Shown: piece by piece, positions 26,391 to 38,300 of the stretch | Position numbering within the stretch: the first letter of the stretch is position 1 | Layout: each line of letters begins with the position of its first letter | Source: Lama glama | Lineage: Eukaryota | Direction: 5' to 3' | Assembly (NCBI GenBank): GCA_028534125.1 | Contig: CM052816.1 | Location: forward strand, 186,001 to 250,000 | DNA: 64,000 nt | Made by a program: the position numbers and the translations under genes | Notes under the pieces: generated by a model | The model's input: the letters and a program-made list of their open reading frames with translations, nothing else | Databases searched by the model: none | What the model was told of the DNA's origin: nothing

Positions 26391-28624
26391 ACCACTGTGG
26401 GATGTCAGCTGGGCATTCTGGCTGTGTTCCTTCTGCATGGCCTCAGGATGTATTTAACTTCTCCTTTGAAAATAATTGTAGACTTATAGAAACTGCAGGA
26501 ATTCAGATCCCCTCCCAGGCCTCCTCCAGTGCTGACATCACACAAACTCAGCTATATCCATTTAAACTAAGATTCATCACTACTAACTCCAGACTTTACC
26601 CAGATGTTGCCCATTTTTCCACCTTATCTGTCCAGGATCCCATCCCAGGTCCTTAGGCTCCTTAGCCCATCCCTGGCCCTTTGTGCCTTAAGGCTGGGAG
26701 GAGCTTGGTCAGGCCTTTGAGTTTGTCTGATGTTTCCTGATGATTAGATGCAGGTTATGCATCTTTGGTGAGAAACGTCTCAAAGGAGGAGGGGTGTCCT
26801 TGGAGCATCGTCTCAGGAGGCTTGTGGTGTCCATCCGTCTGTCATCTGTCCCACTGCTGATGACTGCAACCCAAACTTCTCTGATAATTTGGGGTCTACC
26901 AGATTTCTCCAATGCAGAGTTTCAGGTTTTCCCTTTGTGATTGATCAATATCTCTGGGAATTGCTTAAAGACCTATGCCTTCAATTTTAAAAGGGACTTT
27001 CTTTGCCAGAATGAACCGTATTCACGTTCTTCTGGCCCATGGTCTTTGCAAAGGCTTCTTTTCCTCATGAGTGAGTTGAAGGCTGGCTTCAAGGTGTCCT
27101 TAGACTTTGTGAGGAGCCCCCCTCATTTGGCTGAAGAGGAAATTGAGGCCCACAGGGCAGAGAGACATGTGAAGGGTCACACAGCAGGTTGGTGACAGAG
27201 CAGGGCAGGAATGAGTTCTTTTTCCACCAAGTTCAAGGGGGAGCACCCCTCCCAACCCCACACACCCTTCCCCTCAAGTGTGTCTGGCGGCCCTGGACTG
27301 TTTGCCTGAGCTCGATAAGCAGAGATCTCCAAGCCCTGTTCAGGGTAGGGCAAAGCCCCAGGCCCCCTTTCTCTCCCTTTATCTCAGAACCTGGGGAAAG
27401 GGAGGTGGGGTGGGGCTGGAGGAGTGGAGGAAGGGGCAGAGCAGAGGCAGGGACAGAGGCAGGATCCTCCTGTAAGAGCTAGCCAGCCCTAGGCCCTGGG
27501 GGACAGGCTCAAAGGGAGTTGGGGGAGCATATTCAGGCCTTGGAGAATCTGAGCCTTAAGATGGACCACCAGAGTGGGTGCTTTGAGAGAGGTTCCAGGT
27601 TGTGTGCAGTGGATTCCAGGAATGCCCAAGACATACTGGCTCTGCTCTGCCCTGGGACGAGGGGTGAGAAGACCCCAGGCCACCAGCTAACAGCCCCTAA
27701 TCCAGGGTCATTGCGTAGACAGGAGGGGTGGCACCAGACTGGGACCCTGAAGTGGTGAGAATCAGGAGGTGAGCCCACCCTCCGAGGAGCTGGAGGTGCG
27801 GGACAGCCTGAGTCCTTGAGAAGACAAAATAAGGGCGGGGGTTCTGCTGAGCGGAGGGACAAGAAGGAAAAGGGTCTGTGTCCATGCCAGTATTTATTTA
27901 TGGGTGCCTTGGGCCCGCAGAAGGTGGCTCCAGGCCTGCCTGCAACTGATCAGCTGTATTATAAAAGGAAAATGGGGCAAGGACTTCAAGTGTCTTGAGG
28001 AGGCAGCTACCTGGCTGATTTTGGGGAAGGGGACAGTGAGAGGAGCTGTCTTGAATTTGTTCAAGAGCAATCTAGGTAGGGAGGGCCAGAGAGCCAGGAC
28101 CCGGGGCGTGGGCCTGCCCAGGTGGGCTCAGACCCTTCTGGACTCCCTGCCCCAGCTCAGGGCCCCTGCCCTCTCCTCTGATCAGGCCCTTGCTCCCAAG
28201 CCGCCATCTGTGGGATGAGCCTGAGGCTCCGGATTAGAAACAAAACCTGCACGGGACACAATCTCCACCTCAGGGAACTTTCAGGCCGAATGTGTGTAGG
28301 AGGGCGCTCCCAGTGCCTGGGACCCAAAGAGCTCTGCTGGGCATGGACTGCGCCCGGACTACACGGCCAGGACCCTGGCCTGTGCCCTAAAGAGCAGAGA
28401 TGGGGACACAGCAGATGCACATGAGCAGAGAAGCAACTGGAAAGAACCCAAGGAAAGGATGAGGGCTGAATGTGGCTGGAGGCCAGGGAGTGGTGGACAG
28501 GGCTGAAAGGGCGTCCGGTGGATGCGCAGGAGTCAGCCTGAGTGTGAGTCAAGCAAGGACACAGTGGCAAGAAGTAGAGAAGGGGCTGGGCAGGGCCAGA
28601 TGGGCACTGGACAAAACGATCCTC

Positions 28625-28720
28625 CTGTGTGTGTGTGTGTGTTGTGTGTGTGTGTGTGTTTGCTTGTATATGTGGGTGAGTGTGAGAGCGTCTGTGTGTG
28701 CATGTCTGTGTGTATGTGTA
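28625..28720. repeat. Imperfect (TG)n microsatellite
   Basis: Visible directly. Confidence 0.9.
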
Positions 28721-29899
28721 TGGTTGGGGGAAGATGGAAGCTGGGGGTGCCAGTCCCAACTAAGAACTTCTGGTACAAGTGAAGGATGCTGCGGACTGGA
28801 CTCATGGCGAAGGACCAGGAGGGGCAGGAGGGGCCAGGGTCACTTCGGGAGGCCAGGGCAGCCTTCAGACTCAGGCAGTCCCCAGCCAAGCCTACAGTGG
28901 GAGGCTGATAGGGAAGAAATGGGGAGTCCCTTTCTGGACTTGTGGTTGGGTGTTTGCCACCTGGAAGTTTCCAGAGAGCAATGAGAGTCCAGGCCTATCA
29001 GATTACACAGGACCCACGATACCCCCAGGCCCTTATCCTCCACCCACAGCGGATCATAGCTTGGTTCCCTTGAAGAAATGTTTGCACACACTCCGCAGGT
29101 ATGATATATTCATTCATTCTGTCTGGAGAATCCTGGCTGGTGCTCCACCCTCTGCAAAGTCCAGGCTGTCCCCCACATGCTCTGCACATCCCTCTAGTCC
29201 TGCCAGCCCACCCCCTCCCCTGCTGGGGCCCTGCTCTTGTGGATTCCCCCATGCAGAATACCCCTGCCCCGTGCTTTCACTCTGTCAACTTCCTGCCTGT
29301 CCTTTGAGATCAGCTCCTCCAGGCCTCTGTCTACCAGGCTAGGCCCTCCCCAACCCAGCAACCCCCTGCAGCTGGCCTCTTGCAGGCAAGCCTCCCTTGA
29401 CTCCCCTACATGCCTGTCTGATCGAGATCAGCTCCACCTGCTTTCTCCCCAAGCTCCAGCCATCACCCTCTGAACTTCTGCAAAACCAATATCACGTTCC
29501 CTGACTCAGTTTCTCCATTTGTGGAGGGGCCCGGCAGCTCCAAAGCCAGCCCCTGGGGTCAGTCATGGCCTGGACGCAATTCCTGGCAGGCATCCTGCAG
29601 CTCCCAGGCCCGAGCATGTAGGGGCAGCACGGAGTGAGGAGGCACTGGTCTTCAGAAAGTTCCAGAGGAGGCAGCCCTTCAGCTGGGCCTCTCAGTGCCT
29701 GGTGTCCGAAGCAAAAGAGGGTGTGCAGACAGAGAAAGAGGCACAGGTGGGCGGTATGTGGGCCAGGAGCCACGCTCTGGGCTGAGCTGTCAGGCTGCTG
29801 GAAGCTTCCAACCGAGACATCTGGGCAGGAGTCTTCAACATGGGCTGTTGGGACATGAGCAGGAGGCTTTTTTGTCTGTCTTTTTATTAATCGGTTTGA

Positions 29900-31530
29900 C
29901 TATTTTGAGATTTATCCACACTCCGTTCCCTGCTATATGCTAAATAGAATTCCATTTTATGGCTATACCACAACATTTTAATTGAAATATAATTGACATA
30001 TAACCTTATGTTAGTTTAGACGTACAACATAATGACTCAATATTTATGTATATATTGTGAAATGATCACAGCAATAAGTTTAGTTAACATCCACCACCCC
30101 ACACAGTTACAAGATTTTTCCTTATGATGAGAACGTTTATGACCTTCTCTCTTAGCAACGTTCAAATACAGTACAGTACTTTTTTTTATTGAAGTATAGT
30201 CAGTTTACAATGTTGTGTCAATTTCTGATGTACAGCATAATGTTTCAATCATACATGTACATACATATATGTGTTTTCATACTCTTTTTCATTATAGGTT
30301 CCTGTAAGACATTGAATATAGTTCTCTGTGCTGTTCAGTATAAGCTTGTTATTTGTCTATTTTATATATAATAGTTAGTATCTGCAAATCTTGAACTCCC
30401 AATTTATGGCTTCCCAATCCTTTTCCCCACGGGTAACCGTAAGGTTGTTTTCTATGTCTGTGAGTCTGCTTCTATTTTATAAATAAGCTCATTTGTGTCA
30501 TTTTTTTTTTAGATTCCACATTTAAGTGATATCATATGGTATTTTTCTTTCTCTTTCTGGCTTACTTCACTTAGTATGACAATCTCCAGGTCCATCCATG
30601 TTACTGCAAGTGGCATTATTTTATTCTTTTTATGGCTGAGTAGTATTCCATTTTATATATAAATCTCACAACTTTTTTATCCAGTCATCTGTTGATTGAC
30701 ATTTATGTTGTCTCCATGTCTTGGTTATCGCTAATAGTACTCCATTGAATATTGGGGTGCATGTATCTTTTCAAATTAGAGTTACCTTTGGATAGATGCC
30801 CAGGAGCGGGAATGCTGGATCATAGGGTAACTCTATTTTCAGTTTCTAAAGGAATCTCCATCCTGTTTTCCACAATGGCTGCACCAAACTACATTCCCAC
30901 CAGCAGTGTAGGAGGGTTCCCTTTTCTCCACAGCCTCTCCAGCATTTACCATTTGCGGACTTTTGAATGATGGCCATTCTGACTGGTGTGAGGTGATACC
31001 TTATTGTAGTTTTGATTTGCATTTCTCTGATAATTAGTGATATTGAGCATTTTTTCATGTGCCTATTGGCCATTTGTATGTCTTCATTGGAGAATTGCTT
31101 GTTTAGGTCTTCTGCCCATTTTTGGATTGGGTTGTCTGTTTGTTTTGTTATTAAGTTGTATGAGCTGTTAATACAATATTGTTAACTCTAGTCACTGTGC
31201 TATACATTACATCCCCACGACTTTTTATTTTATGCTACAGTTTTCCATCCTTTCACCTGTTGATGGGTATTTTGGAGCAGCCAGTTTGGGACTATTACAA
31301 ATAAAGCTGCAGTGACATTTGCTTCCTGATCTTTGCCTAGACACAGGTTCCTCCAGGGTAAATACTTCAGAAACAAATGACCAGGTCGTAGGGTAAGTGT
31401 ATGTTCTAAAGAAGGTGCCAAACCGATTCGAAGGGGCAGCACCAGTTTCCTTCCAGCCAGCAGTGTACAGGGTTCTGATTTCTCCACATCCTCACCACCA
31501 CTGATTATGATCTGACTTTCTGATTACAGC
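29900..31530 (-). mobile_element. Old LINE-1 fragments interrupted by nested insertions
   Basis: L1ME-like attccattttatggctataccaca (about 29950-29973) resumes as ttcacctgttgatggg (about 31250). An L1MA-like 3' end at 29975-30180 resumes at 31170-31230. Confidence 0.7.
30181..31169 (-). mobile_element. Younger 5'-truncated LINE-1 (about 1 kb: ORF2 C-terminus plus 3' UTR)
   Basis: T tail plus attgaagtatagtcagtttacaatgttgtg. ORF 30846-31073 (-) [36 protein letters not shown]...HCWWEC..VQPLWK is a well-preserved ORF2 C-terminus. Confidence 0.92.
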
Positions 31531-31846
31531 TGTCCCTGTGGTTCGCCATGACAAGTGATGTCCAGTTTTTTTTTTTCTTGGGCTCCTTGGCCCTCAGGAT
31601 ACTTTCTTTGGTGGACGCTCTCCCTCCTCCTTGGGTCCTTGCTTCAGGACGCAAGCTGCTATCGCATCTCAGCCAGGCTTCCCCGACTCCCATTACCGAT
31701 TACCGATTACCGAGGTGTGAGTCTAGCCCCCCACGCCCACCATGGGCGCCCAGGACCCAGCCCGAGAAGAGGCAGCCACGCCCCTACGCCCAGCCCCACC
31801 ATCCCGCCCTGCCAGGTCCTGCCAACCATGTCGCCTCATTCCGCAG

Positions 31847-32112
31847 CCACCCGGGAGTCCGCCTTCGTGCACGCCATCGCCTCCGCCGGCGTCGCCTTCG
31901 CTGTGACACGCTCGTGCGCCGAGGGCTCGGCTGCCATCTGCGGCTGCAGCGGCCGCCACCAGGGCTCGCCGGGCGAGGGCTGGAAGTGGGGCGGCTGCAG
32001 CGAGGACATCGAGTTCGGCGGGATGGTGTCTCGGGAGTTCGCAGACGCTCGGGAGAACCGGCCGGATGCTCGCTCCGCGATGAACCGCCACAACAATGAG
32101 GCTGGGCGCCAG
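31847..32112 (+). CDS. WNT3A: Wnt-3a coding exon 3 (266 nt; ATRESAFVHAIASAGVAFAVTRSC...MNRHNNEAGRQ)
   Basis: ccgcag acceptor ending at 31846; CAG|gtacgt donor at 32113. Wnt motifs TRESAFVHAI, WKWGGCSED and MNRHNNEAGR. SEDIEFGGMVSREFADARE is WNT3A-type rather than WNT3-type. Confidence 0.97.
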
Positions 32113-32999
32113 GTACGTCCTCGGCCCCTTCTCGTCCCGCGGTGTTAACTGGAGAGCCCGGAGACCACACCCCTGCAGGTCCCGGGAAATAGAGACTCTC
32201 AGAGCAGGGCCTGTGCTCTGGTCCCTTGAGGGGTTACCACCCCACGGTGGGGGCAGGGCAGTGGGCTGCGGGAGGGACGCCTATGGTGGCCCGGCTGGGG
32301 GTCTGCTCGCCTCCTGACCAGGGATGTTTGAAACAGCTGTGCAGTTGCTCCCACAAGGTCTACGGCATTCCCACAGGATGGCGGGCCCATTTGGGATGGG
32401 ACAAAGGCCCGCCCTGCAGGAGCTTTCAGGGAGCATCACATTCAGGGAGGGAGACAGCCAGGCCACCACACCGCAGTGCGGTAAGTTCTATAAAGAGGAA
32501 ATGTACACACAAGACCAAGAGGTCAGACCCAGGCTGGAGTCTCGAAACAGACTTACACTGGCAGAGGTGATGAGTGGGGACAAGCAGAGTAATTGGCAGT
32601 TATCTAGATGAGGGGAGGCCAGGAGAGCCTCTGGGTAGCCCAGAGGTGAAAAAATGCAAGTGAGTTAGGCCAGGAAAAATATGGGAAGAATATGGAGAAC
32701 AGAGGAGGAAAGAGATCTGGGGAGTGGAGAGGCTGGTAGGGACCAAACTGCAAAGGGACTTAGTCAGAAGGTCAGTGGGGAACTTCTGTTAGGAAGTGAT
32801 GCATATAGGGACTGAGAGGTGTCCAGCAGAGTTAGCAACACCAAAAGGGCCCTGGCCTTGGCCAGTGGAACTGGGGAATTGTGAAGGGCTAAAGAGTGAA
32901 CAGGGACATATGACTTCCAAACAGGGAACTAGGTGACTCAGATGGCTCTTCCTGGTAAGGAAGAGTATAAATGGAGGATGAAATGTACGAAGCACCCTT

Positions 33000-35900
33000 T
33001 AAAAGTATAGACTGCTCACCTGTATACGGTCACCTAATTTATCATAGAGAAGATAGTGCAGTACAGAGAGGGAAATGGGCTTTTCAATAAATGGTCCTCA
33101 GTCAACTCGATAACAATATGGAAAAACTTAATCTTGCCCCCCTACCGTATGCCGTATTTTAAAAAATCAATTATAAATCCAAATGGAAACGGTTAAAGAA
33201 AAAAAATTTAGAAGAAAACATCTTTGTGACCTTGAATTAGGCAAAAATTTCCTAAAAAGGCCCCCCAAAAAGCAATCATAATGAAGGAAAAAATGTAATC
33301 ATGTGGACTATATTAAAATTAAGAACATCTGTTTGTAAAAAGGCACCTCCATGAAACTAAAAAGACAATCCACACAGGAGGAAGTGTTCACAATATATAT
33401 CTCCAACAAACACATGAAAATTATAAAAAGAACTCTAAATTTTTCTATAAATAAATAAATCTCTACAAATTAACAATAAAAAAGATAACCCAGTAGGAAA
33501 GTTGTCTAAAAATTGGAAAGCCACTTAGAAGAAGATCTAGAAATGGCCAGTAAATATATGAAAAGGTGATCAGTATCATTAGTCATCAAGGAAATGCTGT
33601 TAGAATGCATGCCCTGGAGAAAGGAGAGGATAACAACTGGAAGAGAGCATGCTGGGAGATTCTTAGGAGCTGATGCTCTGGGGCGGGTAATCTGTGGAAC
33701 TTTGTCATATTTTGTGCTTATGACATATAAATTTTTGTATGTATGTTACACTTCCATAAAATAATTGTCAGGTGTCAAATAACTAACCATATAGTTAGGA
33801 TTAGCAGTCCAAGGTCCAGGAGAAGACAAGACTCTGAGCCTGGTACCTGGGGCAGCTTTTGTCCAAGGGTCATTTGCTGATGTGGAAAGAAGTGCATATG
33901 CTGAGCTGCACTTTCAGCAGCCTCACAGAGCTAAAAGGGGCCCACGAAAGGTGCTATGTTTAGGAAATAACTCCTCAGTTTAGGCTGGGACCCTGAGGAG
34001 TAGAGGAAAACCAGAAGGAGACGAACCCTTGTGCACATTGCAGGCTAGAAAAATCTCAAGACTGAATATGGTTCCAAATTGCTGGTATATCCAGGCACCT
34101 GGAAAAAGCAGATACATCTTCTTTGGAGGATGGTAACCTTATGCTAGGCTGAAGTTATTTCCTACAAATAATTCTTCAAACACAATATCCAATACATAAT
34201 CAAAGATAACCTGTTAAATGAGCTGATGATACAGTGAGTGATAACCAGCAGAAATGGGAAAGATAAAGGAAAAGAGAAACCAGAAACAAGACTCTGAATA
34301 CTGGAATTATTAGTCGTAGATTATGAAAAACTGAGCTTACGTATGCTGACAAAGCTAAAATGTAATATAATAAATTTGGGAAAGAATCACATAGAAATTG
34401 TAGACCTGAAGAATGAATGGGGGCTTCCAGTTAAAGATGACAAACAAAATACAAACTTTCCCCTCTGCATTCTCCTAGAAACCTACTAAAATGACAATAA
34501 ATTAATTTTAAGATACATAAATAAACAACTGGGAACGTGGAAGACAGAAGAGGTGACAATGGCAACAAACTTTGAAAGCAAAAATCATATAGATGAATAC
34601 TCAATATCTTAGTACACTCAGGAAAGCTGAATCTTAAGCCAGCAGAGACCTCTGAGAACCAGGAATTTCTAGTAGCAGATATCTTGAGAAGTAGAGATAA
34701 ATATGGCATTGGAAACAGAAAGATTGGCTGAAATCTATTTTCAAAGCACTTTTTAAGCTACCAGCTCTTCTGTCCAACCCCTTGCATCCAGGCAACACCC
34801 CTCCTTTACCATGGCAGAAGTCTGGAAGCTTATTCCCTAGAAAGAATAAAGCAGAAGGTGTCTGGGCTGAAGGACACCAAGTACAGCTGAGGGTGAGACT
34901 GCCCAAGTGAAACTGGTCTGTCTACATACACATTTCTCTTCCTGATCTCCTAATGCCACAGTGAAGCTTGATTATGCTCTAGGAAGGAGAATGGAAAAGT
35001 CCCCCCTGAGAATCAGACCAACCCAAGAGAAAAGACTTGAAGATATTGATGTGGGGTTCCCCAAAAAACAATGTGGCCAGATCACTCTATAGTGAGGGCC
35101 CAAGTTATGAGTCCCTGCACAGGAGATTCCAACAAGATTTTTTGGTGCCCCACTTTTAAGTATGACCAGACAGCCAAGGATCACTGGACATCTGAGGAAG
35201 GCCTCCAGCAACCACAAAGGCAAAGACCAAAATAAAGAAACAAAAACTGAAGTTATGGGAAAGATACATTGTAAAGACAGATGAAAACTTCAAAAAACTA
35301 TCACTATTCCCAGAGAGATAAAACACTGAATCCATGAAATTAGAACAGGATGTTAATTTAAAAGAACATTGGGGGGGGGGGAGAAGCTCTTAGAAATTAA
35401 AAATAGGAAAGCATAAACAAAATCTCAGCAGAAAGGTTGGAAGATAGTTGAGACACCCTTTCTACAAAGTAGAGAAAAAAAGACAAAGAGATGGAAAATA
35501 GGAAAAATTAGAAAATGTGGAGTATCTGTCCAAGGGAGATAATGATGAATGTGGAGATAAGGAAATTGGCAAAGAAGTAAGACAAGAAGGTTTCCAGGGC
35601 TGAAGAGCAGAAGTTCAGACCACACAGGCCCCATAAGTGATTGGCTCAAGAAAGAGGAAGACCCACATCAAAACTCATTGCTGTGAAATTCACAGCCTAT
35701 GACACACAGAAACCTTCCAGTCTTCCCAGAAGAAGGTTTGGTTTCATGCAAAGGATCCGGACGCAAAATGTCATCAGAGTTTCTAAGAACAACAGTGAAA
35801 GCTAGAATGAAATAGAGCAATGCTTTCAGTATCCTGAGAGGGAAAAATATTTATACTCAACAATCTTTTCAACTTTTCAAGTAGAAAAGATTTTTTTCCA

Positions 35901-36480
35901 GACATGCACATTTCACAAAATTTGCTAGAAGGCCTTTGAAAAAGAAATCTCCAAGAAGCTGAAATTAATAGAAAACCTGATGTGTTTGAAAGTCTTGAAG
36001 AGCATATTTAGGCAACTAAGGGAGAGCTTGAGAATGAATCTGTGATAAATACATTAAAAATAACAATAACAAAACGTTTTGTAGAAAAGGAAAAGCAATC
36101 ATGTCACATGGCTCAACTGAGGATGCTATGACATTTAACACAGCCCCAATACTGTCAGCACTAAATATTGACCTCACTGGAATTATGCTACAGTTTTTAG
36201 AGTAGGAAAGGGGGTTGGGAAAAGTGTGCATCAGAGTTGTGGGGTGAAGTCTATGGGACCTCCATGGTGAGAGGTCCATAGACAATGCCAAATACTGAAA
36301 AATCAAGAAGTGGCAAGACAAATATTTTATTAGAGGTGCAAAGTACTGCCTCAAGTGGTCGGGAAAGTGCTGTGAGTGAGTGTGTGGGAGCAGAACTCCT
36401 GTTTTTCTTAACAGGTCTTAAGCACTGTTGGACTCTTTAAAGTGTATGCATATGTAACTTTGATCAAAAGTAGAACTAAA
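33000..36480 (+). mobile_element. Cluster of old sense-oriented LINE-1 fragments in intron 3
   Basis: A-rich. ORF2-like DNA (cttttcaataaatggt, actatattaaaattaagaac, atatgaaaaggtgatcagtatcattagtcatcaaggaaatgc) and ORF1/5'-like DNA (agacccacatcaaaactcattgctgtgaaattc). Boundaries approximate. Confidence 0.7.
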
Positions 36481-36710
36481 ACAAGCAACTAGGGAGGCAG
36501 AGATGGGAAGTGGTAGCTCCTCTTTGGAAAAGCTTGGCCACAAAAGAGAAGAGAATGGAGATTAGACAGAACTGGACTTGGGGGAGTGAGTAATTTACAG
36601 ATGCCCCTAAGAAAGGGCCAGTATAAGAGGGAAGGAGTGAAGAAATAATCGGGGGTGAGGGACAGGGTGGAGGCAGCAGCTGGACACAGAGCCCACATGA
36701 AGCCTCAGGC

Positions 36711-37030
36711 CAGCACTGTCCAACAGAAGAGTAATGGAAGCCACATACATATTTATAAATTTCTAGTAGCCACATTTAAAAAGGAAACAAGTGAAATTTG
36801 TTTTAATGATAAATCTTTTTTAACCCACTATAGCCAACATGTTATCATTGCAATAATGCAATCAATATTAAAATTTTGAATGAAATAGTTTACATCCTCT
36901 TCTTATGTGAATCTGGGGATTTAGTGTGACCCAGCATGTAGTTTGAATTAAACAGCACTTCTCAGTTTGGACCACCAGCTACATGTCAGGGGCTCACAGG
37001 TGGCTGGTGCCCACCGTAGTGGACAGTGCA
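36711..37030. mobile_element. MER33/MER3-like hAT MITE
   Basis: Terminal inverted repeats cagcactgtcca ... tggacagtgcag; internal aaatttctagtagccacatttaaaaagg. Confidence 0.8.
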
Positions 37031-37619
37031 GTCTCAGTTCTGATTATGTCACAGGACCCTTTCACCACCCCACGCCCACCCCGACTCTTTTCCCCACAGA
37101 GAGAAAGGAAGAGAACCTGATGGTGAGATGCCCTCGGGAGAAACACATACTCCTCAGCCACTCTCCAAACAGTAGACTAAACCCAGCTTCCTGGGCCCTG
37201 AAGGTGCCCTGCTCAAGCCACTCCTGTGACCCTCCCCCAGCCTCGCCACTCAGCCCAGGCACAGTTCATCTGGGCCAGGTCTTGGATTCTCTCAGTCAAA
37301 ATGAACTCCTTCCCTCCTGCACCCGGACACTTACATGCCACAAGTTACTTCCTTCCTTCACCCAACATAGATGATACAGAAGTAAACCCAGCCAAGGAGG
37401 GGAAGGGGGAGCCTCTCAGGCCTTGCCCTCTGGGGATCTTGGGTCGGCCCCGGGGAGTCACATGGTACAAGAGCCTGCTGGCACCACAGGGAAGGGTGGC
37501 GCTGGGCAAGGGCACCCACTAAGCCTGGGAGTTGCGGGAGCTCTATGGAGCAGGTGGACGGGTTGAGTTTGCCAGGTGAGCAGAGGGGCAGCTGCAGGCG
37601 AGGAGCACAGCCATCCTCT

Positions 37620-38300
37620 GGGGAGGCGGGGAGACTGAGAGCCGGCCCTGACGCCCCCCTGCTCACGCGCTCCTGCAGGCCATCGCCAGCCACATGCACC
37701 TCAAGTGTAAGTGCCACGGGCTGTCGGGCAGCTGTGAGGTGAAGACCTGCTGGTGGTCGCAGCCCGACTTCCGTGCCATTGGTGACTTCCTCAAGGACAA
37801 GTACGACAGCGCCTCGGAAATGGTGGTGGAAAAGCACCGCGAGTCGCGCGGCTGGGTGGAGACCCTGCGGCCACGCTACACCTACTTCAAGGTGCCCACC
37901 GAGGGCGACCTGGTCTACTACGAGGCCTCGCCCAACTTCTGCGAGCCCAACGCCGAGACCGGATCCTTCGGCACGCGCGACCGCACCTGCAATGTGAGCT
38001 CGCACGGCATCGACGGCTGCGACCTGCTGTGCTGCGGCCGCGGCCACAACGCGCGCACCGAGCGGCGCAGGGAGAAGTGCCACTGCGTCTTCCACTGGTG
38101 CTGCTACGTGAGCTGCCAGGAGTGCGCGCGCGTTTACGACGTGCACACCTGCAAGTAGTGGGCGGCTGCCCCCCGGGCGCCGGCGGGGCGGGGCTCCTCC
38201 CGGCGGGGAGGCCGGCCCCCTCTGGGGGGCGGGGCTTCTCCCTGGATGGGGCGGAGCTCCGGGGTGGAGTTCCTGGATGGGGGCGGAGTCCTCTTTAGTA
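37620..38300. promoter_or_regulatory. Intragenic CpG island over WNT3A exon 4
   Basis: Dense CpG (cgcgcg runs, GGGCGG boxes) across exon 4 and the first ~150 nt of UTR, against CpG-poor flanks. Confidence 0.7.
37679..38158 (+). CDS. WNT3A: Wnt-3a coding exon 4 (480 nt to [22 protein letters not shown]...VYDVHTCK)
   Basis: cctgcag acceptor ending at 37678. Wnt signature [10 protein letters not shown] contains the palmitoleoylated Ser209 (37724-37726); NVS sequon and Cys-rich C-terminus present; TAG at 38156-38158. Exons 2-4 total 988 nt, and a 71-nt exon 1 would give 352 aa. Confidence 0.98.
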   Translation, partial: AIASHMHLKCKCHGLSGSCEVKTCWWSQPDFRAIGDFLKDKYDSASEMVVEKHRESRGWVETLRPRYTYFKVPTEGDLVYYEASPNFCEPNAETGSFGTRDRTCNVSSHGIDGCDLLCCGRGHNARTERRREKCHCVFHWCCYVSCQECARVYDVHTCK

